DNA of 64,000 nucleotides, from contig JAKMXF010000311.1 in NCBI GenBank assembly GCA_024704765.1, forward strand, positions 186,001-250,000, read 5' to 3'. This DNA is from Oopsacas minuta (taxonomy: Eukaryota > Animalia > Porifera). Each line of letters opens with the position of its first letter. Position 1 is the first letter of the stretch. Of the stretch, positions 25,501-40,500 are shown piece by piece. Below the pieces are notes generated by a model, which was given only the letters and a program-made list of their open reading frames with translations, was not told the DNA's origin and made no database searches. A program made the position numbers and the translations under genes.

Positions 25501-28500
25501 TCGACACTATGTGCCCTTCATGGAAACAGACATTTAGGTACCCCTGCATCTGACATTCGAGATTTACCTCTGTTTTGAGTGTTTTAGTTAATTGTAATGA
25601 GAAAACCTTTCCTCATAACATTTTGCGAGAAACCCTACCTTGAAATGCCCCGATTCTTCAGATTCTATGCATTTACCATTATTACTTAGGGAAGTTGTAG
25701 TTGAATTTTTGTATAAATTTCATTCAATTTGCCTTCAGCTCACTCCAAACCCACCTCTGGCAAGACTTCACTTTGCAAGGTTCCACTGTAATATGAATGT
25801 TTAAAATTATTAATAAAATAATTACTCACCGCTATTTTCCCATCAACAGCCAAACCTTCAGCAACATCAAATGGGATTTCTAGTGAAACAGGATTCACAT
25901 TACCTGTTGGTAATGGTAGTGTGATTAACTCTTCAGGATCTTGATTGATCAAAGCAACCACTTGGCATATTATTGATAGATCATCAGAACCTATAGTAAC
26001 CATTTCACTATCTGGATTATCTATTAGTTGTTCACAGACACGAGTTGATAACTTTTCCAACGTTCTTAATGCGACGACAATAGCTGCTGGTGCAGTTGCT
26101 ACAGCTCCAGCCTCCTGAATACAGTAATATGCCGGATAAATATGTAACATATAATATCATACAGGAATAAGTTGTGTTGAAATTAGATTTTAGCCATTTT
26201 GATTAAACTGCCAAATAGACAAAAAACAGATGGACAATTTTATGGATAATTCTTTAGCCACTAATGATGTAATCCACATTTTAGTAGTTGTACAGTTGAA
26301 AAATTCAATATTTTGAATGTCCAGAGAGAATGTGGCGAGATAATGGAAAAAGGGCCAAAATATTTTAGATATTAAATGGCCTATAAAATTAAAAATACAA
26401 TACCGCCCGCAGTTCCAGTTTCGAAGAAATTCCGGATGAGAAATCAGTAATTAATTTTACATGGCCTTAGATGAACTGATAGTTGTAACTCTCTCTGTCT
26501 GTCTCTCTAACAAAACGAAGACAAATTCCAAAAATGTGACTATTTCATATGCGAATTGCGAAGTAACAATTTTTTATACAAAAACTGTGTGGAAAATACG
26601 GATTTTGATTGTTTAACCCTAAACTCGCTCTATTATATCTACATTCGTGAATTTCAACTAGAATCTTAACCAGAGCTATTTGTCATATGATAAATATATT
26701 ACTTACCGTTTCAGGTTGTTCGAGGGTATTTGTGGTTTGAATAACGGTACTCAACGTTGTTGTTATTGCTATAGTTGTTTCCTCGCTAAGTGTTCCATTC
26801 GTTTTATCCACAATATCTTCGAGTATCGATGCTGTATCCTCGAGTACACCTTCAGTTATAGTGCCAGTGTCTAAAGATAAATCTAGTCCACTTTGCAGAC
26901 TAATGGATACCATTCCTGCAAAATCATCAGAAATTGTATCAGAACTGTTTAGTTCCATCATTATATTATCAATCGTATCTTCTATCCCAATATTATATGT
27001 GATTGTAGTTATGGTTGTTCCAACTGAATTCATTGCGACACAGTTGAATACATTCATAACACCACCAAGAAGAATACCCGTCGTTACAACTAGTGTTGAA
27101 TTTGATCCAATTTGATCAGCAATATCGGTAGATCTACTCCAGTACACAAATGGTGTTGGAGTTCCTCCAGCCAAGCATTGAATAGTCATAGGCAATTCAT
27201 CAATGCTGGTTAATGTAAATACAGTGTTATCGCTTGGATATATTATCACTGGCGCAACTAAAAAAGAAATTCTATTATACATATATTCATGGAACTCAAA
27301 TTAAAAGGCGGCGGTTGACAAATTTACTAAGAAATATGTAGTAGCCATAAATGCATTGAATACAGTGATAGATATAGATGTACTTCCATTTCGACAATTT
27401 TTAGTATGTACTAAGGGAATGTGTTATCCGAGTTCTACTGTAAAATAATACGACATAAACTAAATAGAGAAAATATTGTTAAGTCGCTCAAAGTTAGGGC
27501 TGAATTTGCTCGCTCATGCTAATTTCAAAATATTTTTGAATTTCTACCTACGTAGATAATTTTACAAACATAGGTGAAAATATTACCTGTCTTTGGAGAG
27601 CATGAAATGCTCACATGTTCTCCACTGCCACAGTTATGTCTCGTAGTGTAATTGCAGTCAAATATTTTCGACTCATCTCCTAGGCACGAAACGTCATCAA
27701 TTAGATATGGGTATTTTCGGCTATTTATAACGACTCCTGTATCAAAAGAGATAGCACTTCCAAGTCCCAGTTGTCGACAAGCAACTTCAGTAGCCAATTG
27801 ATTCCATTGGTCATCACATACATAGCCCCATTCATGATAATATACTTCCAAAACTCCTGTTTGATGATTGCTCAATCTGATTTCTCCAGTTTCTAAATGG
27901 AAAATGTTATGAAATATCCCAAAAACAAGGCATAAAATCAATAAACAGACGATTTGGTTCAAAAATAATACCAAATGAATACAGTTGTAATCGAATTTTT
28001 CGTTCACTTCTTTACACTAGGAATTAAGACAAAAATTAAGGTATCTACAGCCAATCATATTTACCATATTTCCCTGAATAAGTGAATGGACGCTTATATA
28101 TTTCGTGTAGGTGAATACCCAGACGCTTATTCAGGTCTAGAAATGTTATTTTCATTTCCGGGTGGTGGTATCCACGCCCCTCACTCAAGGAAATACGTTA
28201 TTTACGATGTATATATTCTGTAGAGAGCAAGATAATCTGGTGTCTAAATATCCCGATTTCCACTGTACATACTTTGTGAACTTTCTTGACAATAATAAAG
28301 TTAACCAACCTGGTGGCTTGCACTGAATCTCTACGACATTAGAAGAAGATACATCTGTTGATCCTGAAGGACAGTCACATAAGGAATTTTCATTTCCTAC
28401 ACAAGAAAATATCCGTGGCAATATAGGGAGATAATCGATACTAGAAATATCTACAAAAGTAACATCGAATGAAGTAGTGCCCTCGTTTTCTTTACACACC

Positions 28501-31500
28501 ACATCAGCATTTTCATTAGTGAAGTCAGTTGCGCTCAAATAATACCACCTTTCATTGTAATAGCGTACAACCTGTGGGGATGATTCGGCATTTGGAGCAT
28601 AAGATTCACATCCATCTAAACAGAAAAGCAAATGTTAGGATGGAATTATTATTCGTATCCAGATCAGTCCCAAGCCTATTTGTAGCTTAGTAGTAGATCT
28701 TAATTGAAGGATTTTCTCCGTTTTGAACATCCAGTTAACATCCAGTAACTCGAATGCCCGATATTTCGAACATTCGTTTTCCCGAACGGATATTAATTTC
28801 CTTTCGTTGTACTTTTAGTACTTATCGCATCCGTTAACTCAAAATTCGCTATCTCGAACAGATTTTGTTTCGCCTGAGGTTCGAGTTTTAGTAAAATATA
28901 TTTACCTGCTATACAGCTCAGCTTTGCTAATTGAAAACTACCACAAGTATTTCCGATATGATGAGAACAATCTACCAACTGTGACTCATCTCCAGCACAA
29001 GCTATATTATTAATCCAATAATCAGAATAGATATAATTGTAATAGAAAGTATAATCTTCTTCCGAAGCTCTATAACCGAGCTGTCTACAAGCTACACTAC
29101 CATCAGCAATATCCCATTGATCATAGCATACATCTCTCCATACGCCATCGTAATACACTTGAAATACATCCTCTGTTTGGAATCTGATTTGACCGAATTC
29201 TGTAGAGACAATTCAATTAATGAGTACAGTGGAACCTACATAAACCCACACTCGTTGGGGACATGCAGGTTCCAATTTAGCTAATTAATGAAATTCATTG
29301 AGTTAACCTTCAACATTATGAAGGCATAGCAATTATAGTTAGTTAATACCTAAATATGCCCTTCATATTGATAACACACTTTGGGATTCAAGATCGAAGC
29401 CCTACTTTTTCGAACAACAGTATGGAGCATACCATTATTTACGAATAATTAGAATAATATACCTGGTTCATCACACCGCACCAAAACTATGTTATCAGAT
29501 GGACATGTAGCATCAGCAGTAGGACAATCACAAAGAGATAGCTCATCTCCTACACATTGGTATGTTAGTGGTGAAATAGCGTAGTTAAGTGTGCTGTTGC
29601 GGTATTGTTTACTGATAGCATTCATAGAGCCATAATTTCCCTCTCGACATATCACATTAGCTGTCTCGTCTGTGATTCCGTCAGCACACAGGTAGTAGTT
29701 AGCGTGCCCGTCAAATACTCTGACTGGAGTTAGTTGTGTAGCATTTGTTAATATTGACTCGCAGTCTCCTATAAAGACAGATCATTATTGATTAAAGATG
29801 AATTATGCAGGCCCTTTGACCAAGAGGCCATTTTGTCTGAGCCCTACGCTCCAAGTGGCCTCCAAAAATCTCTATTTCATCGAATGATCATCACAACTTT
29901 TTGGTAATTTTTACCCATTTTCATTAAGATAGCAAAATCCCCAGGCCTCTCCGAACCAGTCAGAGGCTCTGGTATTATGTGCATATTAAAACGAATAAAA
30001 AATTTAATAATATATGGATTTGTGGCTTTCAGGCTCTGAAAAACTAAATATTGGACTCTACACGCTCAATTCTCACTGACAGCATGTTGAAACTAAACTT
30101 CAAACATGTTCTTGAATTTTAATAGAAAGATGTGAGAGACATCTTGAATCAGGACCCAGGATGGTATGTATGGTGCTATGCTAATTTTACATAATTTGTT
30201 CAATGCAATTCAATTAAAGTACTTACCAGCTTCACAAAATAGCTTCGTAGCATAATAACAGGTATTTAGCGTTGCATTTGGACAATCGAGTAGGTTAGTC
30301 TCCTCATTACAGTAGAAATTTAGTTTTAATATTTCATCCTGAGAGAATGTATTGTATACGAAGTAATAATACCAATTTTGATAGGTTTGGTATCCAAGTT
30401 GTTTACATGCAATTGCTGCCTCTGCATCACCAAAATAGTCAGCACAAACAAACTTCCAACCACTAGAATATATTTCAAGATATTGACCAACGCTTGAAAC
30501 TCTAACTGTGCCAGTTTCTATAGAATAATAATTGTAAATATTGAAATGTCATACAGTCGAAATAGGACATATTTGGCCACGAAACGCATGGGAAAAGACA
30601 AGAAAAAACACTACGAGCTAACATACCTGGTTCACCACACATAACCTCTACTACAGTTCCTGATGTACATATTTCATCTGATACTGTGCAGTTACAAAGA
30701 GAAGCTTCATTTCCAAGACAAGAATGTTTAAGAGGGTATATTCTTGTATTCGGTGGTAAAGACAGCTCACTAACATTCCTAATACCAATTGCACTTGTGT
30801 GTACAGTCTCGCGGCACACAACATCTGCATTTTCAATCGTAAACCCATCGCCGCAAATATAATAGCGCTGACCATCGGCAAAATATTCTATAATCTGAAA
30901 TTCAGCATTAATACGTGGTGCATGTACCTCACAATCACCTAGTATGTATAAATTTGGGTAATTCAACATAGAAGAGTTAAATCCAACATAGAAAAGTTTG
31001 ATGTTCAAAAGTTACGTAACGCTACCAAAGGGAAAGGAAAGGGGAGTGGTATGCTATATGTTGCATGGTGACAGCCCCCATTCTTTTTGTATTACAAAAG
31101 GGGCAAAAAGCGTAACACAGAGAGGGGATGGGGTCAAAATTTAGAGGAATTGCGTTACGTATCGTTTGAACGACTCCTAACTATACATAGACTTACCTCT
31201 AGTACAGTACAAAACAACATTACCACAGAAATAGGAATAGTCGTAGAAAGAGTTGTAGCATTGACAACTACCGGTCGTATGGTTACAATCTGTAATTCTC
31301 TGTTCAGAACCATCACAAGTTATTTCAGAAATGTTTGCTGTGTTTTGGTTTAGATAACTGTAAATTGTATAGGTGGAGTATAATGTGTTTGGATAGCCCA
31401 ATTGTTTACATGCGACAAGGGAATCTACTTCATCCCAGTTTTCGTTGCAAATAAAATCCCAAACACTATTGTAGTATATTTCGAGCATGTTCTCTTGGTA

Positions 31501-34500
31501 GATGCTGTACCGAAGTGTGCCCTCGTCTGTAGAAAGAATTACAAATAATTCGCGAAGATAATCTACCGGGATCCCTGGATTATGCCGAAATCTATGCCTT
31601 TCGTCCCAAATAATAGCCTGAAATTGCAATTTATGGATTTAAACTTTGGAATCCAGTGAAACTTCCCAAAATTCCTGGATTTACAAATTAGAACAAGGGA
31701 AAATATTTTGAGAAGTTGGAAAGAATGTAATAGCTAAAATTGAAAGCGTTTTATACTTACCTGGAGATTTACATGTAACTCTCGTAACTCTACTCGTACC
31801 ACAAGTAGATGGTGTTTTAGTACAATGACACAAACTAGATTCTTCACCAGTACACTCAATATTGTATGGATATATAGGGTAGTAAGGTTCAGGTAGGACA
31901 CTATACACAGTATCATATCCATTATGATACCCATTCTCTTTACAGATAACATCTAGTGCGTCCTCATTTAGAGAATTTTCACAAATATAAAACCACCTCT
32001 CATTTTCATAATATTTAACAGGGCTTATATCCGAACTTATCTCAGGAACGTAGGATTCACAGCCTTCTACAAAATGAGAAAAAATGTATAAACAATTTGT
32101 CTCGGGAATATTAACAGTGTACAGTCAACTCAATTTATATCGAAGCTCAAGGAACCGAGAAAGTTGCTTGGATATAGCGGGTAATTCGACATTACGGGAG
32201 TTGACTGTATTATCGAATAGATCAAATCGGTGGAGTGCTCATTATACAGAAAATATGTGAGTAGAGGGCGACACTTATGAATTGATGATGCACTCGAAAT
32301 TTATCAGATCAAATGTTGCATCATCAAGCTGATCGCTTTGGCTAACTATGTATAATCTTATGATACACGTATGTATTAAAATACCTGTCCTGCAGGAGAT
32401 GTAGTAGATATAGAAGCAATAACTGGTATTTTCATGATTACAATTAAGAAGATTTTCTTCGTAACCTGCACAGAAATATTCAGCTGGAAGAGCCTCTATT
32501 GAAGAATCATATATATACTCATTGAATTCTGTGAATGTTATTGCATCACGGTAGCCTAAATATCTACAAACTACATTGGAATTGGCCTCAGTCCAATAAA
32601 AGCCATAATTGCATACACTTTTCCAACCACCTCTATATACTTCCAGTAATCCTGAAGTTCCATTACTCAAACGGATGTGGCCTTCATCTATATGAATACA
32701 CAAAGCAGTGAATATTAGGCGTTACACAGGAAAGTTAAGGATATATGGGGTCAGGCCTGGGGTTGATTCCCTAGCGATTACAATTACAATCGATTACGGT
32801 TACAAATGATCCCCACACCCAAATTACGTCCGTCCGCCAAAATCTTTGTATTACATGTGCAGACCTCTTTGCAGCACCTATACCGCACCTTCATGCGGTT
32901 CTAGCTACGCCTCTACCTGGAAAATATATATTTTGGTAACATACAGTAGCCTAGCTAGACCCAGTCATACCCAAGATATGTAAATCAGAACATTTTAGTT
33001 TTCAATGTAATATATATATATTTCTTGCTCACCTGGTTCAGTACATTCAACAAATACGATTCTGTTAGAAGGACATGTTGCTTGAGAATTTTCACAATCA
33101 CATAGAGAGTTCTCAATTCCACTGCAATTGTATTGCAGAGGAGAAATTTGGTAGTCGGTTTCTTGTATTGTATAATTACTTACTAGGAATACTGCACCAT
33201 GGTCTAACTCTCTACACACAACTTGTGCATCTTCTTCTGTAAATCCATCTGCACACAATGTATACCACCCACTGTTATAAAGATACAATACTCCTGTTTC
33301 CGAAGGATTATGGGCAAAAGTTTCACAACCCTCTAAAAAGATAATATCATTCAAATACAGTGGTATTTGCCTATTAGTAAACGTATTTTGCAGGAATCTT
33401 CCTTGCAATATGTGAATTCCTATTAAGGTATCGCACTATCTATCATATAAATATCGGTTCTATACTTCTATAAATAGGGAAATATCGAAATGTCGGAAAA
33501 AATCGAATTTCCAGAAATTTCAGAAAACCATTTTTTTAATATTTCGGGATTATAATATTATTTCGAAGTATTTTTGAAATCTCCCGCTATCAATATTTTC
33601 GATGATATATCTGTACCAAACCTTGTGTCATTAGACGAATATTTAATAGGCAAACAGCATTGTACATATTTGAGAATCTTAGGTGAATAGGAAATTGTTC
33701 ACTTACCTTGTTCACACGTAAGAATTGTTTCAGTAAAGCAATAGTTATAGAGATAATAATCACAATCTAGTATATACTTCTCTGTTCCCAAACAATCGAT
33801 GTAATAAATAAATTCGTCTGTGTCTGAATATCCGTATACAGGATTGTAATCATATGTTAAGGCATTCCTATAACCTGCAAGTTTGCATACAAGATCAGCA
33901 TCTGATTGGCCTAGGTTTGTATCACACAATTTCGTCAGTCGATTATTATATATTGTGACGCTACCGCTTGAACCTTGTGAAAGTTGAATTGTGCCTTGAG
34001 CTATCAAAAGATACATAAATTATACACAGAAGAATTTCAATAATAGTCTACAAACTTAGTAACTGCATGCAGTTTTAGATATCATTTTCTCGATAAAACT
34101 TGAGATTTTCAATTGATAAATACATAACTAAGAGGGAATTATGTTTACTAAACAAATAAAATTCAGCGTGACCTGTAGAGTTTTTCAATTTAGAATAAAG
34201 AAAGTTTTACATTTTTGTAATGCAAATACTTCAAAAATGGTAAATATACAGCGATTAATAAATCTAAGAATCAATTGTTTTATCAATATTTACAATAGGG
34301 AAAACTTAATAATATTAATTATATTATTCACCTGGAGGATTGCACTGGAGTTTAACTATCGTTTCGGATGCACAAATCGGAGATGTAGCAACAGAATTAC
34401 AATCGCACAATGAATCTTCTTCTCCAGTGCAATAGTGCTGATATGAATATATATCATCATAAGGAAGATTGTAGACAGCTTCAAAATATTGTGCGAATGT

Positions 34501-37500
34501 GTAATTAAGATAATCTCCAAATCCATTTTCATTACATATTATATTGGCCATATTTGCATCGAAATAATCTGCACATAAATAATACCAAGAATTATCAGTG
34601 AAGTATCTAACGACTTGTAAAGAAGTGTCCGCATTAGGATCAATAAAGGATTCGCAACCTCCTACAAGATTATAATATATTGTACAATTTTGAATTTACC
34701 GAAAGAATATAAATCGTATAAAATATACAGCCAACTCCTGTTATATCAAATACCCATAAGAATATCGAAATAGAAGTAATCATCGCGGTCCCTTGCACTT
34801 CGATATGACTGGAGTTGACAGTGAGCAATTATAACATAGTACTAACCTTGTTCACATCTTACAGTTGGTGTATGTATACAATAGTCATTGTAATAAAATC
34901 CACAGTCAAGCAAGTTTTGTTCATTTCCCCAGCAAAATATATCATCAATAGTTTTATGCGCCTTATAGTTGTAGTAGTAAGAGTAGTAATAGTAATAGTA
35001 ATAGTAATAATAGTAATAGCTGTAATAGTAGTCTGGATTGTAGTCGTGAGAATATGGGCGAGCTGTTCTAAAACCAGCACTTCTGCAGGCTACATTTGCA
35101 TTATCTTGAGTCCAAATAATGTTGTAATCACAAACGACATGCCATTCTCCAGCTGTATATACTTCTATGTTTCCATAATGGCCCTCACTGAGACGTACAG
35201 TACCATTATCTAAAGTTAAATAAGTTTGGCATCAAAACAATCTAAATCGAATGTGCTACATCTGATGCAAATGAAAATAAATACAGTTTGACATTCTATT
35301 AACCCTAACAATCACAATCTCAAACATATATTTATGCCCTCAATTGTTCGATATATCGAATTGAAGCATATTATCTAAAGCAGCGGTCCCCGAATCTGGG
35401 TACGATGGACCCCAAATATTGGAGAAAATTCGCTTAAAGATACAGCTAGGATGAACAGAGACACTAGAACCAGATAGAGTTGACCATAACTGGTCCAACT
35501 CGAACCAGTCAGGCCATTTAATCTTAAACGTATACATATTGATACTTACATGGCTGATAGCATTGAATAGAAGCAATTTCATTAGTCTCACAGGGCGACA
35601 TGTCTTTGTCGCAAGCGCATAATGAGAACTCTGTCCCACTGCAATTATACGCATATGGGTAAATAGGGAGTTGTGTGATTGCATTTTCAACCTGCACATT
35701 CGAATGAGATTCTGCTTTAGTCCCTACTAACTCGAAGCAATATACATCTGCATCATATTCAGTGAAATTATCATAACATATGTAGAACAGGGATTTATCA
35801 TAATGTGTCCGAACCAGCTGAGTTGTTGACTGCGAAGAATCTGGAATAACTTCACAGCCCACTAAAGTAAACAAACAATATTATACACAATATTTTAGTG
35901 GAATATTTTGATAATTTTAAAATAATACTAATTATTAAGATAATAATAATAATAATAATAAATGATGTGTAATTAAGTATTAACGCAATACAATATATGA
36001 AACTTACCAGTTTGGCAAGTTAGAATCACTCTGTAATCACAATAGCTAGATACATAAGAGTAATAGCAATCTGCTATCTTTGTAGTTGTATCATTACACC
36101 CATAAACATAAAAATTCGGCGTATAAGTATAGCCTGTATCATAAAGCTCTAATTCGTGTGAAGTTGCTTTTGGATAACCAAGTTGTTGACAAGCAATATC
36201 AGCCAATAAATCTTCATCGATATCATCAAACCTATGATAATAATCTAAACAGACGAATCCCCAGTCATAGCCTAAGTACATCTCAAGATACCCATCTGTA
36301 ACATTTGAAAGTTGAAGTGTGCCAGTTGCTAAAATAGGTGTATTAAATCAAAATACAAAATATGAGTCGATAGAGAGATAATACAGTAAGTAGAGGAAAA
36401 ATAATTTTAAAATAATTTGAAATTAGCCACAAGTAATTGACCAGCTATCTGATAAATTGAATTATTTGAATATTCTAGTGTATTTCATATTACCTGGTCG
36501 GTTGCACCAAACAGCAACTGCTCTTGTTGATGTAGAGGTTAGATGTGTGATAGGACAATAACACAGGCTTGCTTCATTCCCTACACACTCGTGTTGGTAT
36601 GAGTGGACATTGTATCCAAATGTGAGATTCGAAATTTCGTAAGAGGTATAACTTATCGCATCAGTTCCAAAGTTTTCATGGCAGACTACATCAGCATTAG
36701 TCATTGTAAATCCTTCGCTATTTAAATAAAACCATTCTTTTCCACTGTAATACTGTACAACAACAGTGCCTTCGTCTGCATCATGAGCGAGAGCTTCACA
36801 ACCATCTAAATGCATTGAATGAGTTATTTTACCTCAATGTTTCTTGCCATTTTCCATTCTTCTAGTGTGTCACAAAAATTCCTATTTCGAGTGCAATTTT
36901 CATCCGTCAAAATGAAAAATTTGTTATTTGTTTAGTTATTATACTTAACTTTAATTTTTATAGCCTCTTGGCTATATATAGACTAATTCGATGAACGTGA
37001 AGAGCAAAAATGTTATCACCTACAGATACGTACATATTCGAGAATCCACAATAGAAGGTGTAGTATAATAATGGAACTAACCTACTGTACAAGTTAAGTA
37101 TACATGTTCATAACTACCACAATTATGAACAGTTGTATGCTCGCATTCCAAGATATTTGTTTCACTTCCGGTGCATTGAACATTGTCGAGACTGAAGACA
37201 TTAGTATAGTTAGGATGGTACTGGTATTTTTCAAAACTTGATGCTCTCTTGAATCCAAGAATTCTGCAAACTACGTTAGAATCCACCATATCCCAAAAGT
37301 CATCACATACGAAACCATGCCCATTATTATAAACTGAAATGAGACCTTCGTGACCATGAGAAAGTTGAATATGACCATTTTCTAAAAAATAGTGCAAACT
37401 TGATAGCAAAAAGTATTTGGAGATTCCAAACACACGTATACTCTTTAAATATATATAAAGTAGACTCAGTATGAATTGAGCCAGTCACTTTGCCAGAATC

Positions 37501-40500
37501 AGAACTATACACATGCTCGGTAAATCAAGGAACACCTTTTTCGCTTAATCGGATCAAAATGGCCCGATGTGATCGTATTAAACCAAGTCTACTGTATTAG
37601 AATATTTAATTCTACATATCGTCAATTCCGGTTATATCGAAGCTCAAGGGACCGGAATAAATACTTCAATAAAAGTGGAGTTCGATATAACCTGTATAGT
37701 TTACATTACTTTGGCTGTTTTGGTCCATATTTGTACAATTTCAGACCAATATCATCGGATATTTCTATATACTCATGATAGATTGACTCTATACAACCAT
37801 ACATATTCGCTCTGTCAACAGTTTATACCTGGATTATTGCATTGTACTTCAGCTATGTTGTTATTTGCACATTCAGTAAGACTGGAAGGGCATTCACATA
37901 GAGATGACTCAGTGCCATTGCAAGTGTAGACATATTTGCTTATTGGGTATTGGTTCCTCTGTGCTGTTAAAACAGATGGGAAATGAGTGAGGGTGCCTAC
38001 TTGAGCATTCTCACGACAGACAACTTCTGCATTTTTATCAGTAAATCCATCCCCACATATATAGAAGAATTCAGCCTCAAAAACTCGAATTGGAGTTGGC
38101 GTTCGACTTGATATATGTGGGTAAGTTTCACATGAATCTAAGAAATGGAAATATAATAACTATCAGAATTGATCCCTACGTAGTTGATAATAATAACAGG
38201 GATCGTACAATTGAAAGTATTTCCTAATTATATGATTAGAACATGGTTTCTAATCACTAGTGGGTGATGAGCACTTTTTGAATAAAATTATATATCATGA
38301 CCACACTCTAGTCAATTTGTGATTCAGGTTTGGTCAGGTTTGCCAATGTTTGACCACTTTTGGTCAAGTTTCGTTAAAATGGTCAAGGAAAATGATCTTG
38401 ACTAACAAATGACGTAAAATATCTCTGTATCCATAGTGTGGCCAATTTTGGTCATATGATCAGTATTGATCACAGGTTAAGAAACCATGTACAGTCGAAA
38501 CTGGTTTTTCTTACAGTTTTTCGTGTAAAGAAATAGTAGAAATTATGGTTTCTGCTGTATTAGAATAAATATACATACCTGTTGCGCAAGTAAGCTGAAC
38601 ATGTTCATAAGAGGAACAAGAGGATAGTGAAGCTTTTGAATGGCCACAATCTGTAATGGTCTGTTCATTTCCATAACAATTAAGATAGTTAATCTTAGGT
38701 TCGAGAGGATTTTCAATATAGTTGCCAATTGTATATGATTCAGCTTGTATGAAGCCTAGAGTTCTGCATGCTACATTTGCATCATTCAAGTCAAAGTAAT
38801 CATCACACACATAACCCCAACTGCCTTCATAATATATCTCAAGGATTCCATCGGTAAGTCTCAAATCTCCCTCTTCTAAAATTTAACAACATTTATTAAT
38901 ATTTCGTCGAATTATGCATATAAAATGATGGGAAATACCTGGAGTATAACACTCGACAGTTGCAATTTCATCAGTCTCACAATCTTGTTGGGTAACTGTG
39001 CAATCACATAGAGTATTGTTACTTTCATACCCATCGCATTCATATCTGTATGGAGAGATTGAGTAATTGCTAGTTGTATTATTTATACTAACACTGCCCA
39101 TTTCACGCAGTCCTGTATAACCGTTATCCTTGCATAGTTTTATCGCTGCATATTGGTTTAATCCATTAGAACAAATGTAATTCCAACCAACATCTGCAGG
39201 ATGTAATGCAACTTCTTTTACAGTATCTTCTGGAGCCAATAAATCGCTTTCACAGTGTCCTATATAATGAATAAGATTAGATGTAAATTATTCTTAAGTT
39301 AGGCTTTTTGTATATATTCTTTCCGATATCCAGCGTTATGAAACACATGATAGAAGCGAGGCAAGATGGAAACATGGATCCTTCAAATTTAAATATAAGT
39401 TTCAAACTAAAATCCTGACGATTCAATTTGCATATATGTCAGCGACCGATGTTGTTGGAGAGATATATTCTACGAATTTCTCAGTCTTGAGAAAGGTTAT
39501 TTCCCTGGATAACTAGTGTAAAGTCACTTTATATTCTGAGGGGGTAAGGTTTTAATACTGAAACCTCGCCGATTATATCTTCCGCTGACATATACTACGT
39601 ATAAGTAAACCAAATCGACGTATATAATTCAGAGTCCAATTCAACCAAATACCATCCAAGGTTTCGCTATATATTTTTTAGGATTAAGAGATTCCAGACT
39701 ACGCTAATCATATGTAAATTTAATCCAAACTAAATATTAGTATATATAATGAATGACATACCTGGAACAGCACACTGGACTTGAGCTACACTATCAGAAT
39801 TACATGTTTGTAGAATTTTGTTGCATTCACACAAAGAATTTTCAGATCCATTACATTGAAATGCATATGGATATATTTGGTAGGTTGTATTGAGGGAAGA
39901 TATGTCAATTGAATTTCTATCTATGAATCCATAACCAGTATTTTCAATACACACAACCTCACCTACATCACTGGTGAAGCTATCAGCACAAATATAGTAG
40001 CTTGAAGCACTGAAATATTCGACTATGTTGAAATTTGGATCAAAAGGAGGGATAATAGATTCACACATTCCTGTAGACAACATTATTAAATATTTACATA
40101 TGTACCTAAACTATTAATATATATTTCAACCGAATTGAAGGTAGCTAATCTGAAATAAATTATGCCAATATTTGTGTATTTATAATTGCAAATTATGAAC
40201 TTGCCTGGATCACAAGCAACATAAATGTGTTCAGAACTTGAGCAGAAGTTTGGTATATAGAGAGAGTATGGACAATCGAGGAGAGATTGTTCACCACCGA
40301 TACAACCAATGTAGTTCAGTAAATAGTTAGCATCGTTGCCGTCATTACCAATACTAGTAGATAAAGCGGACTCATAACCTAATATCTGACAAGTCACGTT
40401 AGCATTAACATCTGTCCATCCATCATCACATATATAACCCCATTCACCATTATAGTATATCTGCAATAAACCTTTGTCTCCATTTGTTAGTCGGATTTCA

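Noticed and set aside
34815-35213. Val/Ile-rich (+) and Thr/Ile-rich (-) ORFs
   Set aside because: Alternative frames of the TAC/TAT microsatellite. Only the SRCR frame keeps the six-Cys pattern and splice phases.
39260-39761. A missing canonical SRCR exon at the one break in alternation
   Set aside because: No WG.VCD or ACR.LG remnant found; the intron contains only a small inverted-repeat element (tatatgtcagcg / cgctgacatata).
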